From an uncultured virus (IMG/VR IMGVR_UViG_3300005573_001064) (Duplodnaviria > Heunggongvirae > Uroviricota > Caudoviricetes): a stretch of DNA of 21,117 bases. The notes beneath the pieces were generated by a model. That model worked only from the letters and a program-made list of their open reading frames with translations. It had not been told where the DNA came from and made no database searches. The position numbers and the translations under genes were made by a program. Positions 1-6,720 of this stretch are shown here, in pieces (positions within the stretch are counted from its first letter, which is position 1; each line of letters opens with the position of its first letter). The stretch lies in IMG/VR virus record IMGVR_UViG_3300005573_001064, one strand, 5' to 3'.

Positions 1-1
1 A

Positions 2-223
2 GGTCCACGTATCGTCGAATCCTTTTATCTGAGAGGCTGCACCTCTACCGTCGGGTTCCCTGAATATGATGTTGTATACCCTGTTACTATTAAATGGAGG
101 GTCCAAATATATCAGGTCCACGCTCTCATCCTTGATGTATCTCTCCCCGTTCAGGTCTCTGCCCCTCAGTATATCGAGGCAGTCTCCATAATACAGAACT
201 CCATCACGTGCATTTTCGGTCAT
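2..223 (-). CDS. N4/N6 DNA methyltransferase, N-terminal part (runs off the left edge of the window)
   Basis: Not in the ORF track. Manual translation gives MTENARDGVLYYGDCLDILRG...IKDESVDLIYLDPPFNSNRVYN...GFDDTWT, with the beta-class GDCLD and SVDLIYLDPPF (motif IV) signatures. A GGTGAT SD lies upstream of the ATG at 223. Confidence 0.9.
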   Translation of the reverse strand, partial: MTENARDGVLYYGDCLDILRGRDLNGERYIKDESVDLIYLDPPFNSNRVYNIIFREPDGRGAASQIKGFDDTWT

Positions 224-228
224 CTTAA

Positions 229-303
229 TCACCATCTTCTCTTTATGCTTACTGCCATCCCGACAGGTATCTCATCGACCATCTCAATCACCTTTTGGGC
301 CAA
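229..303 (-). CDS. possible 24-aa micro-ORF (MAQKVIEMVDEIPVGMAVSIKRRW)
   Basis: TTG start preceded by GGAGG. It fills the gap between two genes and its stop overlaps the SD of the methylase. Too short to verify. Confidence 0.25.
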   Translation of the reverse strand: MAQKVIEMVDEIPVGMAVSIKRRW

Positions 304-325
304 TGACAGCCCTCCGATTGAACCT

Positions 326-493
326 TTATCCTGTTTTCTCCTCTATTTTAATTACATTCTGTTTATTGATTTTTACTGTGCCATCCATTCTTTTTACGAT
401 AATCCAGAGGCCATTTTCTTCGACTAATCCTCTGATGGTTCTCACTCCTCCCCCTTCATTGTAAGTAACTGTAGACTCATTACTTCTTTCCAT
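326..493 (-). CDS. 55-aa small beta-rich protein, possibly Sm/LSm-like fold
   Basis: Not in the ORF track. Translates as MERSNESTVTYNEGGGVRTIRGLVEENGLWIIVKRMDGTVKINKQNVIKIEEKTG, starting just after the stop of 499..816 with a GGAG/GAGG-rich upstream sequence. The pattern resembles Sm1 (V...G..I.G.V) and Sm2 (V.I....V..IE). Confidence 0.6.
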   Translation of the reverse strand: MERSNESTVTYNEGGGVRTIRGLVEENGLWIIVKRMDGTVKINKQNVIKIEEKTG

Positions 494-498
494 CACCC

Positions 499-816
499 TC
501 ACTCCTTTTCCAAAAGTTTTTCGATTTTCTCCAGAGTAAGCCCTTTCTTTTTAACAAACCATTTCCAATGATTCTTTGGTTTTGTACTATATCCTGCATA
601 GGGTAGATGAGCGTCGGATGGTTTAGGGCAATGCACATAACCCCAATCCTCAAGATTTCTGAGTATTTTATTTATTCTTGCATCAATATCTGGTTTATTA
701 TATTTCCAAGCAACCCTCTCTTTTATCCTGTCGTCCGAAATTAATGCAATATATGACATAGGTCTTACAGATAATATCTTATATATATAAAGATATAGGG
801 CTGGCGGTAATATCAT
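499..816 (-). CDS. hypothetical protein, possible winged-helix DNA-binding protein
   Basis: GGGTGAT SD. RINKILRNLEDWGYV resembles a wHTH recognition helix plus wing. Confidence 0.6.
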   Translation of the reverse strand: MILPPALYLYIYKILSVRPMSYIALISDDRIKERVAWKYNKPDIDARINKILRNLEDWGYVHCPKPSDAHLPYAGYSTKPKNHWKWFVKKKGLTLEKIEKLLEKE

Positions 817-821
817 TTATA

Positions 822-1043
822 TCACCCCTTTTTGAAGTCTGCTCGTTTCACTAATTCATGCAAGGAATCAGACAACAGCGGTAAACTGCATTGCCCATAT
901 TTAATGGACCATAATCTGCATTCTTTTTCAACACATTGATAATTTATTATGGGACAAAACCAACCAGGTTTATTTTCCTTGATTATTTTCGTCTTTAAAG
1001 TCCCCCCATTATTTTCCATCTCTGAAGCCCCCCAATCATTCAT
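822..1043 (-). CDS. small Cys-rich (putative Zn-binding) viral protein
   Basis: CPIINYQCVEKECRLW...QC motif; start overlaps the end of the upstream methylase. Confidence 0.6.
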   Translation of the reverse strand: MNDWGASEMENNGGTLKTKIIKENKPGWFCPIINYQCVEKECRLWSIKYGQCSLPLLSDSLHELVKRADFKKG

Positions 1044-1971
1044 CCTTGAAGTATTTTAAGAACATCCTATATTCGATTTGGTCATCCAGTGCTTGCTCAT
1101 TCCAGCCTGTTTTTTTCATAATATCCTGAACAAATTCTCTACGATGGGATGTTGTATTATGATGCTCAATTAATTTCTTTTTACTTTCAAACTGTTTACC
1201 GCAAGTGCATTGGAACATATCTGTATCCTCATTCTTATAGTAATATCCTTTTTCGATACATATACAGTTTCTATGTAATTCCTTTGCGATTCTCATCGTC
1301 GTTGCCGTTCCAGCAAAAGGGTCTAGAACCCAATCCCCTTCATCAGATGACGCCAATAAACATCGTCTTACTTGTTCATAGTTTTTCTGTGTTGGGTGTT
1401 TCCCAACATTCATGCGGGTATCTACAGGAATAATCCAATAGTTGTGCATCTGTTTGCCTCTTGGAGAATCTGGAGGGCCATGATATTTTTTCATTCTGTG
1501 GTATGCAAAATAATATTTTTCATAAGGTCTTGCCCAAATCATTTCCTCTGTAGCAGCAGCAAATCGCACGCCTTTTAAATTTGGTACAGCATTCGGCTTT
1601 ATTATGACAATATTATTGATATGACTGTAGCCCAATTTCTCCATTGCCATTCTTATTGTCCATAGGTTGAAATTCCAGAAGCCACAAATCCAAATTGTTC
1701 CATCTTTAGCGATTAGTGGTTTCACCAGCTTAAGCCAACGATAATTGAAATCATAAACTTTCCGCCAATCTGCTTCATCATCCCAACTTCCTTTAAACAA
1801 TCTGATGCCTTTTCGCTTCATTAGACCTTCAGGTCTGGCGAGAATCCCTTTGCCACTGCTAACAAAATAAGGTGGGTCTGCAAATACAGTTCGAAATTTA
1901 TGTTTCCATTTTTCTTGTTTATCTTTCAGTATTTCAAAAGTATTCCCAAAATATATATGCAGTTTCAACAT
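1036..1971 (-). CDS. beta-class N6-adenine DNA methyltransferase (DpnA/M2.DpnII-like) with a C2H2 zinc-finger insertion
   Basis: Catalytic DPPY near the N-terminus, KPN.VPNL.G.RF...TE.MIWA, GKQM..W, HPTQK and the SAM-binding VLDPFAGTATT motif. GGAGG SD. Confidence 0.9.
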   Translation of the reverse strand: MLKLHIYFGNTFEILKDKQEKWKHKFRTVFADPPYFVSSGKGILARPEGLMKRKGIRLFKGSWDDEADWRKVYDFNYRWLKLVKPLIAKDGTIWICGFWNFNLWTIRMAMEKLGYSHINNIVIIKPNAVPNLKGVRFAAATEEMIWARPYEKYYFAYHRMKKYHGPPDSPRGKQMHNYWIIPVDTRMNVGKHPTQKNYEQVRRCLLASSDEGDWVLDPFAGTATTMRIAKELHRNCICIEKGYYYKNEDTDMFQCTCGKQFESKKKLIEHHNTTSHRREFVQDIMKKTGWNEQALDDQIEYRMFLKYFKDE

Positions 1972-1985
1972 TATTTCTGCCCTCC

Positions 1986-2201
1986 CTATTTCTTTTCTTC
2001 GGGCGGGATATACTCAATTCTTGCTGCTGCACATTTCGTGCATTCCTTTCTCCCTAGAGGTACTACTTCGCCACACTGTCTGCATTTGGGGAGGGTTAAG
2101 AACTTCTCCATTTGCTTCAGAATCTCTACATGGTTTATACAGAATTTTTCTCCTTCCATGGATATTCTGTCGCATCCTGGCCAATTGCATTTTTCAGTCA
2201 T
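1986..2201 (-). CDS. small double zinc-finger protein
   Basis: CNWPGC...FCINH and CRQC...CTKC motifs; packed in the operon. Confidence 0.7.
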   Translation of the reverse strand: MTEKCNWPGCDRISMEGEKFCINHVEILKQMEKFLTLPKCRQCGEVVPLGRKECTKCAAARIEYIPPEEKK

Positions 2202-2205
2202 CGTA

Positions 2206-2736
2206 TTACCCCTGTCGCATTATTGATTGTTCCAATGGGCATAACCCAAATGATTTGATGCAATTCTTACAGCTTCCATATCGTTTTTTCAATTCACAAT
2301 TCTTTCGTATCAGCCGATGCTCTTCTTTTATGATGTTTTTAGCATTGGGTTGTTGTTTGAGTGAAAGAGTTCCACCCAGCCTTCGTATCCGAAGTTTAAC
2401 TCCACGCTCAAGTTCGAATGGGCTGAGGCCCTTTTCAAGGCTTCTTCGGATATTCATTCTTGCTTTCTGACGGAATCTTCTTTCTTTCTCTTGTTGTGCG
2501 TGGAAATCTCGCCATTTAACTGCCTCATTTTCATAACCTTTACGATATCCAGTAGATTTTATTTTATCGAGGATTCTCTGTTCATATATGGGTTCCTCCC
2601 ATTCATTTTTGCATTCACTGTTTTCGCAAATGAAGACCACTAAATAGTATGGCACATCAGATTGTGGCTCTTCTTTTACATAGAATTTTGCCTTTGTCTG
2701 ACCACATTTTGGGCATACTCTGAAACAGTGTTCCAT
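2206..2736 (-). CDS. zinc-ribbon basic protein
   Basis: CPKC...CENSEC N-terminal ribbon, an Arg/Lys-rich helix and a C-terminal C..C....C cluster. GAGG SD. Confidence 0.7.
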   Translation of the reverse strand: MEHCFRVCPKCGQTKAKFYVKEEPQSDVPYYLVVFICENSECKNEWEEPIYEQRILDKIKSTGYRKGYENEAVKWRDFHAQQEKERRFRQKARMNIRRSLEKGLSPFELERGVKLRIRRLGGTLSLKQQPNAKNIIKEEHRLIRKNCELKKRYGSCKNCIKSFGLCPLEQSIMRQG

Positions 2737-2850
2737 GTTTATTCCTCACAGTCGTAGTACTCTACAGCTCAATATCATGGCGTTACACACAGGACAGCTC
2801 GGCCTACGAGCTCCTCGGTGAATAGCTGCCTTCGTCTCAATCAATAAATC

Positions 2851-3321
2851 TCAGAAGAATCCTTTGGCCTTGTGCTTCTTGGATTTCTCTGAATGTTTTA
2901 TCGTGCTGTCCGCCTTACTCTCTTTTGTGCCCTTCAGTTTTTTAGATGGATGCCTTATCTCAAATTCCATCTGAATTATTTTTGATTTCTTCTTTTTGGG
3001 TTTGGCATGGTGTATCTTCTTTATAGGCGGGACTCGCTCATCCATCCGCTCATCCTTTTCTGTTTGATGCTTGGATGAGTCAGTTGCTTTGGATGATGAG
3101 CCAGTTGGTTTCTCCTTCCGAGGAAAAGGAGATGTACAGCCCTTTTCTTTATCGAACATGCATCTGACGATACCCTTCTTGGGTATGAATTGAAAATGGT
3201 TCGTCTTTCTGCATCCAATGTTCGATTTTAGGCATCCGCTTGGTTTCAAGCTGTATTGCCTAAATTCGGCAAGTCGTTCCTCAGATATGCTCCTCTTACC
3301 CTTTGCCTTTTCCGTTTCCAT
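2851..3321 (-). CDS. Lys-rich hypothetical protein with a Cys/His cluster
   Basis: GGAGG SD, in the operon; CLKSNIGC..NH...C......GC followed by a low-complexity basic tail. Confidence 0.6.
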   Translation of the reverse strand: METEKAKGKRSISEERLAEFRQYSLKPSGCLKSNIGCRKTNHFQFIPKKGIVRCMFDKEKGCTSPFPRKEKPTGSSSKATDSSKHQTEKDERMDERVPPIKKIHHAKPKKKKSKIIQMEFEIRHPSKKLKGTKESKADSTIKHSEKSKKHKAKGFF

Positions 3322-3332
3322 GTTCAGACCTC

Positions 3333-4169
3333 CTAGTCGAGAAATCTCCTTCTATCAGACTTTTTCTTTTTTATTTCTGAAATTTTAGATTTGGGGGGAA
3401 ATCCGAGCCGTGCTTTTAACCATAAAACCTGAAATACTGATGCTCCTTTAGGAATATCTGTTCGCCCAAATAAAGGTCGTCCTCTCAATTTTACTGGAGT
3501 AAAGAAGAATTTGTTTCCTGTCCTTCCGAGGCATAGAACAACATCGAATCTGTATGCGTTATGTTTCTCCCCTTCGGGTTTTAGACCTACGCTAGAATAT
3601 AGATTTCTTAAGTCCTTATCCTTTTCAAATTCATATAGTTCGCCTGCAGATGATGTTGCTACTATGTTACAATTTATTCCTCTGGTAACTACATCCATGA
3701 AATCTGTATTATGTAGTTTTTTGATGATAGACCAGTCTTTCCATCCGTCTAATCGAGCCTGTTCGTCCTTTTTAGACTGAATCAGCCTTCGACGGAGTTC
3801 AATATAAAAATCGCCAGTGGCCTTCGTGAAAACTTGTTTGATATAATATGATTGAGCCATATCCCACAGTTGACCGAGATGTTCGAGTAGAAGAAAATCT
3901 TTACTTTTAATTCTTTTACGGATATGCCTGAAAATTTTCCGAACATCTTTCCAACTTCTGGCGAGGAAATAATGAGTCCTTTTTCTCACATCATCTGAAA
4001 ATTCTTGTATGACTCTTTTCATTCCAGCATCGGGGTCAATTACCCAAAGTTCAGATTCTGGATGGTCTCGCAAAAGTGCCAAGACATTCCAAGTTTTTCC
4101 CACACCAGGTTCTCCGTAGATGAGAACACGGTCACGAATACTGCTAAAGTCTACCTCTTCGACTACCAT
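3333..4169 (-). CDS. AAA_24/Sak4-like (RecA-fold) P-loop ATPase
   Basis: Walker A VLIYGEPGVGKT, VIDPDAG, a degenerate Walker B (LLLEH), W...KK.H and EGEKHNAYRFDVVL, as seen in viral Sak4/RadB-like ATPases. Confidence 0.8.
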   Translation of the reverse strand: MVVEEVDFSSIRDRVLIYGEPGVGKTWNVLALLRDHPESELWVIDPDAGMKRVIQEFSDDVRKRTHYFLARSWKDVRKIFRHIRKRIKSKDFLLLEHLGQLWDMAQSYYIKQVFTKATGDFYIELRRRLIQSKKDEQARLDGWKDWSIIKKLHNTDFMDVVTRGINCNIVATSSAGELYEFEKDKDLRNLYSSVGLKPEGEKHNAYRFDVVLCLGRTGNKFFFTPVKLRGRPLFGRTDIPKGASVFQVLWLKARLGFPPKSKISEIKKKKSDRRRFLD

Positions 4170-4215
4170 AATTTATCCGTCTCCTGTTTCCTTCTCCCAT
4201 GTTTATTGAAAAAAA

Positions 4216-5346
4216 TTATAGTGCAATGACTCTGTCGCCATTCACCTTAATCTTCTTTTCCTTTTCCCAAATTTCAAGACAGTTGCATATTTCATCTGGG
4301 GAAACTCCCTTCTTCTTTGCGAATCTTTTCAGAGATTTCTTTGTTGCTTTCCCATCTTTTATTAGTTTCAGGAGTTGCTTTTGTCCGGCCTTTGAAAGAG
4401 TTTTAGTGGTTTTCTTTTCAGATTCGTCTATTTCTTTTTCGATAGCGTCCATTTGGGCGTTAAATTCTTTATCTGCTTCGGCAAAGACTTTATCATAAGG
4501 AGTTATAAATCCATAATTTTCACCCACTGAAATGTAGGGATTGCGTAATTTCTTTTTATTTATTTCATTGGAGCCTAATCCGAATATAAGCAGCTTTAAA
4601 GAGCCGAGCCCCTCACGCAATTTCGTGAGCATTTTTTCTTGATCAGAAATTTTCTTGAAATGGTCTATAAATTTGATATATTTGACTCCATAAAGATCTG
4701 CTAAAATTTCAGGATTTCTTATAGTCATTGTAACCCTTGATTCTGGCCTATCTAAATCTGATATAATAAGACGAACATTACAAATTCTATTTCCTTCAGG
4801 GTCTTGGTCGAATAGGGGTTTGGGAGAAGACAGCTTGTTATCTCCTTCCCAGTCCACTGTTCGGACATTATTTACCTGACCTGCGATGCAATAAAAGCCT
4901 TTATCAGTAATGGCACTCGGAGGTTTTACGAAGTTGCGCAAGTCAAGAGATGTTAAAGTCCCCTCTTTATGGGTGATATATTCAAGAGTCTCAGATAAAT
5001 TGATAAGGTTTCTTATTCTGGTGGCCTTCATCTTTACAGGAGAAAATCTCTTTGGTTTTATCTGTAATGGCTTCTCGAAGAATATCCGCTTTACATCTGA
5101 TTCGGTTAGAATATAAGCCATATGATTGCCCCTTTTTGTGGTGATATAATCCAACCAGAATCCTTCAATCCATTCCGAACCAATTTTTTCCCTGGAGTGC
5201 ATCTGAATGATATGGTTCAATGCCTCTCGTGTGCTCAGACATTGGCCAGACTTCTTAAGTTTGGCCACTTCCTTGTCCACATCAGAAACCAATTCCTTTG
5301 CCCTATCATATAGTTCTGCTACATTTCTGGTGTCATCGTTTTCCAA
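4216..5346 (-). CDS. putative OB-fold ssDNA-binding (RPA-like) protein with a C-terminal winged helix
   Basis: TTG start with GGAGG SD. IAGQVNNVR...NVRLIISD...VTMTI is an OB-like strand pattern, and the C-terminal LLKLIK...VSPDEICNCLEIWEKEKKIKV is wHTH-like. It sits next to the Sak4-like ATPase, a common viral pairing. Confidence 0.55.
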   Translation of the reverse strand: MENDDTRNVAELYDRAKELVSDVDKEVAKLKKSGQCLSTREALNHIIQMHSREKIGSEWIEGFWLDYITTKRGNHMAYILTESDVKRIFFEKPLQIKPKRFSPVKMKATRIRNLINLSETLEYITHKEGTLTSLDLRNFVKPPSAITDKGFYCIAGQVNNVRTVDWEGDNKLSSPKPLFDQDPEGNRICNVRLIISDLDRPESRVTMTIRNPEILADLYGVKYIKFIDHFKKISDQEKMLTKLREGLGSLKLLIFGLGSNEINKKKLRNPYISVGENYGFITPYDKVFAEADKEFNAQMDAIEKEIDESEKKTTKTLSKAGQKQLLKLIKDGKATKKSLKRFAKKKGVSPDEICNCLEIWEKEKKIKVNGDRVIAL

Positions 5347-5392
5347 ACTTATCCCTCCATTTAGATATCTGTGATAATAAAAAGGTCTTAAT

Positions 5393-5560
5393 CTATTTGT
5401 TTAAAAGACGGCTGAGTTCTTCCTTGGCGATTAGCCACTGATTATTTGTGGATAATTTGACAGCTTTAAGTTTGCCTTTAGAAATCCATCTTCGGATAGT
5501 TCTTTCTGAAAATCCAGTGGCCTTCGCTAATTCGGAAACTTTGATAAAATCCGTGGTCAT
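5393..5560 (-). CDS. Xis/MerR-like (HTH_17) DNA-binding protein
   Basis: MTTDFIKVSELAKATGFSERTIRRWISKGKLKAVKL...WLI is the excisionase-family pattern. The start is moved to ATG 5560 because the longer 5629 frame overlaps the promoter. Confidence 0.85.
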   Translation of the reverse strand: MTTDFIKVSELAKATGFSERTIRRWISKGKLKAVKLSTNNQWLIAKEELSRLLNK

Positions 5561-5597
5561 GAAAAATCCGCCGATAATGGCTAATGCACCTATGCCA

Positions 5598-5605
5598 TAT
5601 ATAAA
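5598..5605 (-). promoter_or_regulatory. archaeal TATA box for the leftward early operon
   Basis: TTTATATA on the minus strand ~38 nt upstream of ATG 5560. A short inverted repeat CTCCT-N7-AGGAG lies at 5610-5626. Confidence 0.55.
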
Positions 5606-5687
5606 TATTCTCCTCAAAATTAGGAGCATAGACAGAATAAGTCGGATTTACAAATTATGAATTTTTTAACACATTCTGGTATCCATA

Positions 5688-5743
5688 GGACACCTCGGAC
5701 ACTATGTGCCACCTTGTGCCACCTTGTGCCACCTGGGACACTC
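5688..5743. repeat. phased ~10-bp direct repeat array (operator or iteron-like)
   Basis: TGTGCCACCT occurs exactly three times (5705-5734), flanked by degenerate GGACACCT, GGACACTA and GGACACTC units. Confidence 0.85.
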
Positions 5744-5854
5744 TTTTCTGAAGGTGTAACAATATACTATATATAGGGCATGTTTGTATATATATGATGG
5801 ATTAAGAGAAGGATTGCCGGAAAGCATTATGGCAATCCTCCAAAGGTGATTCCC

Positions 5855-6316
5855 ATGAAGTTTATCATAAATGGAACTGATATGAAGAAGAAGAAAGTTG
5901 GAGGGAACAAGTATGGTTATCTGTATCTTCCTAAAGAGTGGATAGGAAGTATGGTAACTGTAATCAAACATGAAACCAATGAGGTTTCCAATCCTCAGAA
6001 ATCAAAAAAATTTCAAAAAATGAAGCTGTTTGCTATCAAAAAATTGGAGCGGGAGGGATATGAAATTTCTGATACATCTATAAATATCGAAGGCAGAATT
6101 AAACATCCTCTTCTGATAGGCACCAAAGGAAGTCGTATGGTCGTTGTTTCTGCATCTCCTAATAAAATAATTAAATCAGGGGAGATAGATAAGGATTTGT
6201 CCTCTGCAGCAAACGTCGTTTATATGGTAATAAATGACGATGCTAGATTTTCAGATAAGGCTATGTCAAAGATTAAAAAACTTGCGAATGTTAAGGTCTG
6301 GAGGTGCCCTCGATGA
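5855..6316 (+). CDS. AbrB-like (DUF2080-type) DNA-binding domain fused to a PD-(D/E)xK-like domain
   Basis: GGTGAT SD before ATG 5855. N-terminal KKKVGGNKYGYLYLPKEWIGSMVTVI; C-terminal FAIKKLEREGYEI...HPLLIGTKGSRMVVVSA. Confidence 0.65.
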   Translation: MKFIINGTDMKKKKVGGNKYGYLYLPKEWIGSMVTVIKHETNEVSNPQKSKKFQKMKLFAIKKLEREGYEISDTSINIEGRIKHPLLIGTKGSRMVVVSASPNKIIKSGEIDKDLSSAANVVYMVINDDARFSDKAMSKIKKLANVKVWRCPR

Positions 6317-6720
6317 ACTGGATTAAGCAGATGAAAGCTGAGAATCGTGAACTTAAAAGGCAACTCAGAGAGTTAAAGAAGGAACAGCTCTCGGTTAAGG
6401 AATCGAAGGAATACACAGAACTTCATCATAAATATAAAAATTTGCTGAAGGCAAATAAGGAATATGAAGGGATAATTGAACGCTTTTCTGAAGAGAATAA
6501 TATGCTTCGTGAGGAGTCATTATACGCTCAAAGAACTCTGGGGGACGCCATTGAGAAAGAGAAAAAGAAAATCAGAAGGATGCTTAAAATTATTAAAATA
6601 CTGAATAAATGGTTGGGCGAGATGCCTAATGCTGTATTGGAGAAGTTTAAAGATTCTGACGACTACCCAGTGTTTATTGAATTTTATGAACGTCATGTTC
6701 TGAAGAAGGAGGAGGTTTGA
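6313..6720 (+). CDS. coiled-coil hypothetical protein
   Basis: GGAGGTG SD, ATGA overlap with the previous stop, heptad-rich Glu/Lys sequence. Confidence 0.75.
   Translation: MNWIKQMKAENRELKRQLRELKKEQLSVKESKEYTELHHKYKNLLKANKEYEGIIERFSEENNMLREESLYAQRTLGDAIEKEKKKIRRMLKIIKILNKWLGEMPNAVLEKFKDSDDYPVFIEFYERHVLKKEEV

Noticed and set aside
2746..2850. In-frame continuation after the TGA of 2851..3321 (DLLIETKAAIHRGARRPSCPVCNAMILSCRVLRL), suggesting read-through or selenocysteine
   Set aside because: TGA is a normal stop in many coupled ATGA overlaps here, no SECIS-like element was found, and there is only one CxxC. At most a tiny TTG-start ORF.
3333..4169. ATPase as the genome-packaging motor
   Set aside because: Its motifs and its place beside an SSB-like gene in the early operon fit Sak4/AAA_24 rather than FtsK/HerA or terminase.
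5561..5629. Hydrophobic N-terminal extension making the Xis-like protein look membrane-anchored
   Set aside because: It overlaps the TATA box and inverted repeats. HTH_17 proteins are ~55 aa, which fits a start at 5560.
5688..5743. Repeat array as a CRISPR or mini-CRISPR array
   Set aside because: Units are 10 bp, directly adjacent and without spacers.
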